From the NCBI GenBank assembly GCA_040289885.1, contig PSLZ01000002.1, forward strand, positions 70,377-134,376: a stretch of DNA of 64,000 nt, given 5' to 3'. This document shows positions 20,242 through 28,212 of this stretch, in pieces. The position numbers and the translations under genes are program-made. A model generated the notes under the pieces. That model saw only the letters and a list, made by a program, of their open reading frames with translations, had not been told where the DNA came from and ran no database searches. This stretch comes from Armatimonadota bacterium. GTDB taxonomy: Bacteria; Armatimonadota; HRBIN16. How positions within the stretch are numbered: position 1 is the first letter of the stretch; each line of letters begins with the position of its first letter.

Positions 20242-21369
20242 ATGAACACACACATGCTGAACCGCTCGTTTGCTTGGGTGACCGTTGGGACATGCCTGCT
20301 GACCGTGGCAGGCTATGCGCTATCCCAGCTGGGAGTCTCCCTCGAATCGCTGTACCTTGTGCCTCAACGGCTGACCGCCTGGTCGTTGTTGACCTCCTGC
20401 TTTGTGCACATCTCCCTGGCGCATCTGGCGGGCAACCTGCTGTGGTTGTTGATCTTCGGCAGTCTGGTTGAGCGGTCGACACCTCGCTATCAGTATCTGC
20501 TGGTGTTGATCGTTGGGGGCATCACCGCCTCGCTGGTACAGGTGGGGGTAGTTCTCCTCTCCGAACCCGAACACGTTCAATCGCCGATCCTGGGCGCATC
20601 GGGCATGGTGTCGGCGGTAATAGGGGCTTTCGCCGTGCGGTTTTTCGCGGAAGACATTCGGCTCGGCAGGCTCTCCGTGCCCGGTTTGTGGATTATCGCC
20701 CTGTGGCTAGTACCTCAGCTGGTGGGTGCTCTGCGCACGCTGGCAGAGGGTGGTGGCACAGTGGGCTACTGGGGGCATCTGGGCGGTTTTATCGCTGGTC
20801 TAGTGCTGGCGCTTCTGTTTCGGATGGCGCGCGACGGTTTCAGCCAGCTGGTAAGTACCGCGCAGGCACAGGGAGACATCCTGCAGGCACTGCGGCTTGC
20901 CGAAGGGTGGTGTCAGGCGGAACCTCGGTCATTGCAGGCGCACCTGAGCGCGGCGCGACTGGCACAACAGGTAGGCGACGACCAGTTAGCCACGCGCTAC
21001 TATCAGCAAGCGTTATCGCTCTGCGAGAGGCGTAACAGGGTAAAGAACGGGGTCAAAATCTTTCTGGAGGCACAGGCATCCCTGCCCCCCAACGTGCGCC
21101 TGCGCTGGGCATTACGGGCGGAGCAAGCGGGCTACTGGCAAGAGGCTCTTCCGGTGTTGCAACAGCTTGCCGTGGATGCGGTGGGTACGCCAGACGGGGA
21201 GAACGCCCTGCTCCAGTCGGCGCGAATCACTCTTCAGCGCGCGCACCGACCAGACAAGGCAGTGACACTCCTGCAAAGGTTCCTGAAGCAGTACCCGCAT
21301 AGCTCGCTTGTTCCCTACGCCCAGGACCTGCTCCGCCAGGCAAAAGCGATGGTGGAAGAAAAGGTGTAA
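20242..21369 (+). CDS. Rhomboid intramembrane serine protease with C-terminal TPR-like domain
   Basis: HISLAHLAGN, GASG catalytic Ser, GHLGG catalytic His; helical C-terminus ending ...FLKQYPHS. Start placed at ATG 20242. Confidence 0.88.
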   Translation: MNTHMLNRSFAWVTVGTCLLTVAGYALSQLGVSLESLYLVPQRLTAWSLLTSCFVHISLAHLAGNLLWLLIFGSLVERSTPRYQYLLVLIVGGITASLVQVGVVLLSEPEHVQSPILGASGMVSAVIGAFAVRFFAEDIRLGRLSVPGLWIIALWLVPQLVGALRTLAEGGGTVGYWGHLGGFIAGLVLALLFRMARDGFSQLVSTAQAQGDILQALRLAEGWCQAEPRSLQAHLSAARLAQQVGDDQLATRYYQQALSLCERRNRVKNGVKIFLEAQASLPPNVRLRWALRAEQAGYWQEALPVLQQLAVDAVGTPDGENALLQSARITLQRAHRPDKAVTLLQRFLKQYPHSSLVPYAQDLLRQAKAMVEEKV

Positions 21370-21373
21370 AACA

Positions 21374-21408
21374 GCGGGGTGGGACAGGTGCGCCCTGCCC
21401 CACCCTGC
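21374..21408. terminator. GC-rich hairpin between convergent genes
   Basis: GCGGGGTGGG-ACAGG...CCCTG-CCCCACCCTGC imperfect inverted repeat. Confidence 0.5.
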
Positions 21409-21419
21409 CTTGTTGGAAC

Positions 21420-22394
21420 TCAGTCCCCGATCTCTCCGAAGCTCTGGACAAGGATGCCGAAGTCAAAGAGGGTCACTTCGTTATCTCCGTCCAGGTCCGC
21501 CGAGATGAGGAAAAAGTCTTCGAACGCCGGCTCCGCCGGTGAGGAAGCCATCACCGACTTCGCGCGAACCAGATAGGGCGGTCCCATCACTACCCGTACA
21601 TCATGTTCCACATCGGGAACAAGGGGCAGGGTGAACATCCGCGTTTGGCCCGCCACCAGCTCCAGAGGCACGGTGACGGGGTGGCCGTCTATCTGCAGTT
21701 TCACTTCGGTCATGTCCACGCCGGCGTTGTTGGACACCTGTCCCACGAAGTTATAACTGCCCTGCACGCTGATGGAAAAGTTGCCAAGCGGGCTTCCTCC
21801 AAACCACCAGTTGCCCGTGCCCTGCCTCCAGACGTTATCGCTGGTGCCGATGAAATACCGCTCCATGTGCAACCTGTTGCCCCAGTCGTTCCAGAAGGCA
21901 CCTGCGCCCAGCGGGTACAGAGCCGTTATCCCCAGCCCACCCCCATCGTTGCGCAAGCCAAGCGAGTTGCCGCCATTGGCAATAAACAGCTCGGGGATGT
22001 TCGTGCCGGCGAAGACTATCTGCACCAGCAGGTCGTGTGAATACTGCCTGCCCTGCGCGTCGAGCCCGGCATCGTATACCACCCCGCCCATGTCTAGCGA
22101 CAGAAGGTATGTGCCATCAGTGGGGATAGTCTCGTTGAACGTGGCGATGACAGGGAAGCCGTTGGTCACAGGATCATCCCCAACGAAGCCGGAGAAGCAA
22201 CCGTACACGGTGATAGAGGCATCGACCGTGCTTCCTGTTTGACCGCCCGCAGTGTACAGGATCTGCAGAGTGTCCAGCCGCGCCGGTCCCAGCAGGGGAA
22301 TCTGTTCACGGAACACCTCGCCGCTGGCAGGTCCGAATACCCAATAGGAACCGTCGTAGGCGAGCTGCCCGAGGGAAGTTGCATCATACAGCAT
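21420..22394 (-). CDS. Hypothetical extracellular-type protein with C-terminal dockerin/EF-hand-like tail
   Basis: Beta-rich G/N/D-rich sequence ending ADLDGDNEVTLFDFGILVQSFGEIGD; no evident signal peptide (possibly 5'-truncated). Confidence 0.7.
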   Translation of the reverse strand: MLYDATSLGQLAYDGSYWVFGPASGEVFREQIPLLGPARLDTLQILYTAGGQTGSTVDASITVYGCFSGFVGDDPVTNGFPVIATFNETIPTDGTYLLSLDMGGVVYDAGLDAQGRQYSHDLLVQIVFAGTNIPELFIANGGNSLGLRNDGGGLGITALYPLGAGAFWNDWGNRLHMERYFIGTSDNVWRQGTGNWWFGGSPLGNFSISVQGSYNFVGQVSNNAGVDMTEVKLQIDGHPVTVPLELVAGQTRMFTLPLVPDVEHDVRVVMGPPYLVRAKSVMASSPAEPAFEDFFLISADLDGDNEVTLFDFGILVQSFGEIGD

Positions 22395-22415
22395 GAGCGT
22401 TACCTGCTGAGCGGT

Positions 22416-22445
22416 TTGCGAAAGGTGGACAGGCTCTGGTATAAT
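22416..22445 (+). promoter_or_regulatory. sigma70 promoter for rpmB
   Basis: TTGCGA-N18-TATAAT with extended -10 TGgTATAAT. Confidence 0.65.
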
Positions 22446-22477
22446 AGCGTGCGGTTACTGGTTGGAGGTTTTCGGCA

Positions 22478-22693
22478 ATGGCTCATGTGTGTGAAATCTG
22501 CGGTAAAGGCGTCCAACATGGACAAAATATCCGGCATGTGCACTCGGGCGCGTGGGCACTGCGTGCGCCTCGCACCAAGCGGGTGTGGTATCCCAATCTC
22601 CAGCCCGTGCGTGCGGTGATCAACGGTAGCGTACGCCGGATCAAGGTGTGCACGCGCTGTCTGAAAGCGGGCAAGGTGAAACGCGCTCTGTAG
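22478..22693 (+). CDS. rpmB: 50S ribosomal protein L28
   Basis: CEICGK...TKRVWYPNLQ...IKVCTRCLK; GGAGG RBS. Confidence 0.95.
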   Translation: MAHVCEICGKGVQHGQNIRHVHSGAWALRAPRTKRVWYPNLQPVRAVINGSVRRIKVCTRCLKAGKVKRAL

Positions 22694-22720
22694 CGAATGT
22701 GTTTTCGGATGTCCGGTACG

Positions 22721-22750
22721 AAGCGTCCCCGCCGGCTGGCGGGGACGCTT
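22721..22750. terminator. Perfect hairpin, probable bidirectional terminator between rpmB and hsp20
   Basis: AAGCGTCCCCGCC-ggct-GGCGGGGACGCTT, 13-bp stem. Confidence 0.7.
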
Positions 22751-22776
22751 GCATCCGGATGGAGATGAGGGGCAGG

Positions 22777-23283
22777 CTATTCAACCTGAACCTTCACCGC
22801 CTTCGCTTTCACCGACTCCACTTTGGGCAGACGCACCTCCAGCACCCCGTTGCGGAGGGTCGCCTTCACCTTGTTCGGGTTGATCTCGACCGGCAAATCG
22901 TAGCGCGCCTCGAACGTCCCGTGCCCGCCCCACGCACTGCGATAGTGCACGGTCACGTTCTCATCGCTGATGAGCGGCTTGCGTTCGCCACGAATGATCA
23001 GCGCGTCGGGCGTCGCCTCCACATGAATATCCTTCATCTCCACGCCCGGCAGAGTGGCGAACACCACCAGCTCGTCGCTCGTCTCGTAGATGTCCACCGC
23101 CGGCTCGAAGCCCATCTCACCGTCGGTGCTCCAGCGGGTCAGCGGGCTGAACGGGAACAGCCGGTCGAACCAGCGATCCATTTCGCGATGCAGTCGCTCG
23201 AACTCCGCAAACGGGTCCCAACGGCGAATGCCACCATCGGTCTCACGACGAGCGAGCGTCAGTTCACGGCGTGCCATACTCAT
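22777..23283 (-). CDS. Hsp20/alpha-crystallin small heat-shock protein
   Basis: WDPF, PAVDIYET, LPGV, IRGERK, ATLRNGVLEVRLPK; AAGGAGG RBS. Confidence 0.95.
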   Translation of the reverse strand: MSMARRELTLARRETDGGIRRWDPFAEFERLHREMDRWFDRLFPFSPLTRWSTDGEMGFEPAVDIYETSDELVVFATLPGVEMKDIHVEATPDALIIRGERKPLISDENVTVHYRSAWGGHGTFEARYDLPVEINPNKVKATLRNGVLEVRLPKVESVKAKAVKVQVE

Positions 23284-23318
23284 CACCTCCTTGACCTGTG
23301 TGTCTATCAGGCAATTGA

Positions 23319-23339
23319 TTTGAGTATCTTTTACTCAAG
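23319..23339. promoter_or_regulatory. HAIR (HspR-associated inverted repeat) operator
   Basis: TTTGAGT-N7-ACTCAAG versus consensus CTTGAGT-N7-ACTCAAG, just downstream of the hsp20 -10 box. Confidence 0.75.
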
Positions 23340-23348
23340 TCCACTTAT

Positions 23349-23376
23349 ATTATACCACAGATTTTGCAAGATGCAA
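23349..23376 (-). promoter_or_regulatory. sigma70 promoter for hsp20
   Basis: Minus strand TTGCAT-N16-TATAAT with extended TG. Confidence 0.65.
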
Positions 23377-23404
23377 GCCTCCCGCACGAAAAATTGACCC
23401 TCCC

Positions 23405-23913
23405 TTGCCTCCTATGCTAAGAGACGCTGGACATGGAGATTACGACCACCATGAATCGGTGTTGACCCAGATTCTGGAGGCATTCGGCATCGGGCGGGGC
23501 GTGCTAGGACTGGCGAGCAATCAGGCACTGCATCCTGTTCTGCGCTTTCCGGCGGTCTACGTCTGGCTCAGCGCGCTCATCAGCCTGGTGGGCACATCAC
23601 TCATCGCACGCGGCGCGTCGGGAGTGGTGGCGCGCTACCTGCAGATGGGACAGATCGCCAGCATGTCGCGCGAGAGGCTCATCGGAGCGACGGGGGTTGC
23701 CGTGTTCACCATCGACGAAACCAGCGGTGTGGCGGACGTCTACGATGCGGTGGGCACCGTGCATCGCGTCACCTGCCACACCCGCGAGGGTAGCGCCCTA
23801 TTGTTGTCGGCACGCCCATCGTGGTCACAGACTACGAGGTCGCAACGGGCAGATACCTCGTGGAGGAGAACCCGTTTGCAGATAACACTATCCATCGGGA
23901 GGTGCAGGTATGA
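23405..23913 (+). pseudogene. Degraded YqiJ/NfeD-like membrane protein
   Basis: H/D-rich linker, FGIGR, TM, LIGATGV OB-fold region; frameshift near 23795 into PIVVGTPIVVTDYEVATGRYLVEENPF...*; N-terminus missing; stop overlaps the flotillin ATG. Confidence 0.65.
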
Positions 23914-25008
23914 CGGCGTGCTGTTTGTGTTGATCGGCGCATTACTCATCTTCGCGCCAATCTATCTGGGCTGGGCGTGGACACAGACGCTGGTCTCGTC
24001 CATCGTGGGCGTGGTGGTGATGTTCTTGCCGCGCTCGCCCTGGCGATCAAGCGGTTCTATCTCAAGCCCTCGGCGAACCTTGCCTACGTGCGCACGGGCT
24101 GGGGCGGCACGCACGTGCTGATTGACGGAGGCTCGCTGGTGTTCCCCGTCGTGCACAAGGTGGTGCCGGTCTCCCTAGAGACCATGAAGCTGGAGGTAGA
24201 GCGCAAAGGACCCGACGCGCTAATCACCCGCGATAACCTGCGCGTGGACGTGAAAGCGGAGTTCTACATCAAGGTGCGCGCGATGAAGGAGGACGTGCTC
24301 AACGCGGCGCGCTCACTGGGCGAGAAGTCGGTGGACGCCCATTCGGTCTCCGCGCTGGTCTTCGAGAAGCTGGTCTCCGCCCTGCGCAGTGTGGCAGCGA
24401 CCAAGGACCTGGTGGAGATCCACGCTCAGCGCGACACCTTCGCTAGCGCAGTGCACAATCTGGTGGTGACTGACCTTCAGCAGAGCGGGTTGACGCTGGA
24501 GTCGGTTACCATCTCCCAGCTAGACCAGACCTCGCAGGAACTGCTTTCCGACAACAACATCTTCGACGCGCAGGGCAAGAAGAAGATCACCGAGATCACG
24601 CAGGCGGCGCTGGTCGAGCGCAACCGCATCGAGCGCGACGCCCAGCGCGAGATGACGCTGAAGAACGTGCAGACCCGTAAGGAGGTTCTGGAGCTCGAGC
24701 GCCAGCAGGCGGAGGCAGAGGCGGAGCAAGCCACGCAGGTTGCCAAAATCCGCGCCGAGAAACAGCGCGAGGCGCAGACCTACCAGATCGAGCAGGAGCG
24801 GCAGGTAGAAGCGGAGGTACAGGCATACGCCGAGGTCAAGCGCGCCGAGGCACAGCAGAAAGCGGCGGAGCTGAAAGCACAAGCCATCCTGCGCAAGGCA
24901 GATGCCGAAGCCCGCGCGAAGGAACTGGTCGCTCAGGGTGAGCAGGCGCTGAAGATGGTGGACGTCAACATCGCCCGCGAAAGGGTTCGGCTCACCACGT
25001 CATGCTGA
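23910..25008 (+). pseudogene. Flotillin/SPFH (YqiK-like), frameshifted at the N-terminus and truncated at the C-terminus
   Basis: AYVRTGWGG, DALITRDNLRVDVKAEFYIKV, NIFDAQG and coiled coil. The start codon, TM segment and SPFH domain lie in three different frames; the coding sequence runs into a REP-like cluster at about 24988. Confidence 0.75.
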
Positions 25009-25178
25009 GCGCCAATCCTCTTGTCATGCTGAGCGCCAGCGAAGCATCTCGTCGCCGTTGTTGTCATGCTGGACGCAGTTCTGCATCTCGGCTGAGATTC
25101 TTCGCTTCGCTCAGAATGACAAGTGAAAGGGCTCAGAAGGACAAGAGAGCGTCATGCTTCGCTTGCGGTCAGGGTGAC
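24999..25178. repeat. Cluster of GTCATGCTGAGC-type REP/REPIN-like palindromes
   Basis: TGTCATGCTGAGCGCCAGCGAAGCATCTC (25022-25050) is inverted with GAGATTCTTCGCTTCGCTCAGAATGACAA (25094-25122); partial copies at 24999, 25061, 25131 and 25155. Confidence 0.8.
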
Positions 25179-25185
25179 GAAAAAG

Positions 25186-25253
25186 TGGAGGGCGAGGCTC
25201 CGTCCGAGCCGAATACCCCCTCCCCGAACGGCTCACCAGGAGGTTCACCATCC
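25186..25253. repeat. GGAG-type REP-like inverted pair
   Basis: GGAGGGCGAGGCTCCGTCCGAGCCG...CGGCTCACCAGGAGGTTCACCATCC; the left 40 bp match 37269-37308 (inverted) at 37/40. Confidence 0.75.
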
Positions 25254-25261
25254 AGAACCGA

Positions 25262-26707
25262 CTAGTACTTCGGCACGGTAGGGTCCACCTCATCCGACCA
25301 CTGCAGGATGCCGCCCTGCAGGTTCTTTACTTTGCGAAAGCCTGCTGACTTTAGGAACGCGACGACCTGCGCACTGCGCTTACCGGAGCGACAGTACACC
25401 ACCATTTCGCGTGCCGAGTCCAGCTCGTGCATCCGCGCGGGCACGCTGTTCATGGGAATCAGCGTTGCACCCTCCAGGTGGCAGATCTGCCACTCCACCG
25501 GCTCGCGCACGTCCAGCAGGAAAATCTCTTCTCCGGCGTCCAGTTTGCGCTTGAGCTCGGCAGGCGTGATCTCTTCCACCGCCTCCTTCGGGGTTTCCTC
25601 TACCCCACGCACCCCACAGAACTCTTCATAGTCGATCAGTTCGCGGATAATAGGCTTCTCCCCGCACACAGGACAGTTCGGGTTCTTGCGCAGTTTCAAC
25701 TCGCGAAACTGCATCTTCAGCGCGTTGAACAGCAGAAGCCTGCCGATCAGGGGCTCGCCCTTGCCCAAAATGAGCTTGATGGTCTCCATCGCCTGAATCG
25801 TGCCGATGATGCCGGGTAGAACGCCTAGCACGCCCCCTTCGGCACAACTGGGCACAAGACCGGGCGGAGGCGGCTCGGGGTAGAGGCACCGGTAACAGGG
25901 CCCCTCCTTCGCCCAAAACACCGACGCCTGACCCTCGAAGCGGAAGATAGAACCGTAGACGTTGGGCTTGCCTAGCAGAACGCAGGCATCGTTCACCAGA
26001 TAGCGGGTGGCGAAGTTATCGGTGCCGTCCACAATGATGTCGTAGTCGGCGAAAATCTGCAGGGCGTTCTCGCGGGTGAGGCGCGTCTCGTAGGTGCGCA
26101 CCTCGATATGGGGGTTCATCGCCTGCAGTCGCTCCTTCGCCACCTGCAGTTTCGGTCGGCCGACATCTTCGGTGGTATAGAGTACCTGTCGCTGGAGGTT
26201 AGTCACGTCCACTACGTCGAAGTCCACCAGCCCGATGGTTCCCACGCCAGCAGCTGCCAGGTAGAGCGCAAGCGGCGCTCCCAGCCCCCCCGCGCCCACA
26301 CACAGCACCTTCGCGGTCTTCAGCTTCAGCTGTCCTTCCATCGCCACGTCGGGCAGGATGAGGTGGCGGCTGTAGCGCAGGATCTCCTCGTTGTCTAGGG
26401 TTACCGCCGGGCTCGGCGCGGTCGCCGAGGGTGTACCCCCGGCAATCGAAGGCACGATCATCAGCGTGTCACCGTCTTTGACGGGCGTATCTAGCCCCTG
26501 CAGGTAGCGCGTGTCCTCGTCCCCCAGGTAGACGTTCACGAAACTGCGCAGTCTGCCCTGCTCGTTATACAGGTGCTTGCGCAGGTCGGGATATGCTTCC
26601 ACCAGTGCCTGCAGAGCTTCTCCCACACTGCCTGCCTGCACCCGGATCTCGCTCTGGTTGCCGGCGTAGGGTTGCAGAGCGCTAGGTACCAAGATGGTTA
26701 TTGCCAT
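25262..26707 (-). CDS. moeB: Ubl sulfur carrier (CysO/MoaD-like)::MoeB/E1 adenylyltransferase::rhodanese fusion (MoeZ-like)
   Basis: N-terminal beta-grasp domain ending IVPSIAGG (G90-G91), linker, RYSRHL, VGAGGLG, NLQRQ, CYRC, CPVC, rhodanese YCRSGKRS. Confidence 0.92.
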   Translation of the reverse strand: MAITILVPSALQPYAGNQSEIRVQAGSVGEALQALVEAYPDLRKHLYNEQGRLRSFVNVYLGDEDTRYLQGLDTPVKDGDTLMIVPSIAGGTPSATAPSPAVTLDNEEILRYSRHLILPDVAMEGQLKLKTAKVLCVGAGGLGAPLALYLAAAGVGTIGLVDFDVVDVTNLQRQVLYTTEDVGRPKLQVAKERLQAMNPHIEVRTYETRLTRENALQIFADYDIIVDGTDNFATRYLVNDACVLLGKPNVYGSIFRFEGQASVFWAKEGPCYRCLYPEPPPPGLVPSCAEGGVLGVLPGIIGTIQAMETIKLILGKGEPLIGRLLLFNALKMQFRELKLRKNPNCPVCGEKPIIRELIDYEEFCGVRGVEETPKEAVEEITPAELKRKLDAGEEIFLLDVREPVEWQICHLEGATLIPMNSVPARMHELDSAREMVVYCRSGKRSAQVVAFLKSAGFRKVKNLQGGILQWSDEVDPTVPKY

Positions 26708-26719
26708 ATGATGTTCACC

Positions 26720-27148
26720 TCACATGCCTCGAATCTGCATCTGTTCACGTTCAAAGTCACTGCGGTCGTCCAGTAGTCGCCAGCAGTGCATCTCCGCGGG
26801 CTTGCCTTTCTGCACGGAGAGAATCAGGTACGAGTACCATGGCAGGGCGTTTTCGCGGTCGGTGTCGCTGGGACGGGCGGGATGGTCGGGGTGCGAATGG
26901 TAGAACCCCAGCACTTTTAGCCCCTTCTCGCGCGCCGTTCGTTCCAGCGCCATCATCTGCTGGGGCGTGATCAGAAAGCGTCGCTCGCGGTTTTGTTCCT
27001 GCTCGTTCGGCAGGGGCAGGACCTCTTCCACCCAGCGCACATCGTCCCCTATCATCTGCCCTAAAAACGCCCCACAGCACTCGTGTGGATACTCCTGTTT
27101 GGCGTGCAGACGGATCGCCTGCACCTGTTGCGGCGATAGCGACAGCAT
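26720..27148 (-). CDS. JAB/MPN+ (M67, Mec-like) metallopeptidase
   Basis: YPHECCG and HSHPDHPARPSDTD JAMM motif; TGATG coupling to the upstream gene. Confidence 0.92.
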   Translation of the reverse strand: MLSLSPQQVQAIRLHAKQEYPHECCGAFLGQMIGDDVRWVEEVLPLPNEQEQNRERRFLITPQQMMALERTAREKGLKVLGFYHSHPDHPARPSDTDRENALPWYSYLILSVQKGKPAEMHCWRLLDDRSDFEREQMQIRGM

Positions 27149-28101
27149 CACCCTTCCTCCTCCCATAAGGGGTCGGTGATGTAGCGACTGCCCCCATCAG
27201 GAGCCAGCGCCACCACCACCCCGCTGGATAGATGCTCCGCCACCTGCAAGGCACACCAGATCGCCCCCGCCGCCGAGATGCCCACAAACAGCCCCTCCTC
27301 GCGTGCCAGCAGACGCGCCATCGCGTTCGCGGATTCGGTGCTGACCTCCATCTGCTCGTCGGGCACGGTGGGGTCGTAGATGCCAGGCACCAACGCCGTC
27401 CTCAGGTGCTTCAAGCCTTCCAGTCCGTGAAACGGTCCGTCAGGCTGAACGGCTATCAGGCGCACGTTCGGGTTATACTCCTTCAACCGCCTACCCGTGC
27501 CCATCAGCGTGCCGGTCGTGCCCATGCCCGCCACGAAATGGGTGACCTGCCCTTGGGTCTGCTCCCAGATTTCCACGCCAGTGCCGTGGTAGTGTGCCTG
27601 CCAGTTTGCAGGGTTGTTGTACTGGTCGGGGTAGAAGTAGCGCTCTGGCTCCGCCTCCACAATCTGCTGAACGCGACGGATGGCGCCGTCGGTCTGCTCG
27701 CGCGGGTCGGTCAGAATCAGCTCAGCACCGAAGGCGCGCAACATGCGCTTGCGCTCGGGGTTGGCGTTGGCAGGCAGGCAGAGCTGCACCCGGTATCCTC
27801 GCGCGGCACCGATCATGGCGTAGGCGATACCCGTGTTGCCCGAAGTGGCGTCAATGATGATCTTATCGGGTGTCAGCCGTCCATCCTGCTCTGCCACGCG
27901 AATCATGTTCCACGCCGGACGGTCTTTGACCGAGCCGCCCGGGTTGAACCACTCGGCTTTCACACATACCTGTACGCTCGGTGGCAGACTACGTGTCACC
28001 CGGCGCAGGCGAATGAGTGGCGTGTTGCCAATCAGGCTTTCGATATCGGCTCCCTGCCGGAGTGCCCCGGTAGGCTCCGCGGTGTGTGCGCACGCGCTCA
28101 T
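27148..28101 (-). CDS. cysM: PLP-dependent cysteine synthase (CysM-like)
   Basis: IGNTPL, NPGGSVKDR, TSGNTG, QYNNPAN, GMGTTGT. Confidence 0.9.
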   Translation of the reverse strand: MSACAHTAEPTGALRQGADIESLIGNTPLIRLRRVTRSLPPSVQVCVKAEWFNPGGSVKDRPAWNMIRVAEQDGRLTPDKIIIDATSGNTGIAYAMIGAARGYRVQLCLPANANPERKRMLRAFGAELILTDPREQTDGAIRRVQQIVEAEPERYFYPDQYNNPANWQAHYHGTGVEIWEQTQGQVTHFVAGMGTTGTLMGTGRRLKEYNPNVRLIAVQPDGPFHGLEGLKHLRTALVPGIYDPTVPDEQMEVSTESANAMARLLAREEGLFVGISAAGAIWCALQVAEHLSSGVVVALAPDGGSRYITDPLWEEEG

Positions 28102-28212
28102 GTTCTCTTCCTTTAGCAGGGCTAACCCTGATAAGGAGTATACCCTTAGTCAACAATTGAATGCAAGGGGGAGGCTGTTTCAAGTTACAAGCGAGAGCAG
28201 AGCGCAGTGGTT

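Noticed and set aside
24999-25253. Short repeats as a CRISPR array
   Set aside because: Repeats are inverted, degenerate and irregularly spaced, and no cas genes are present.
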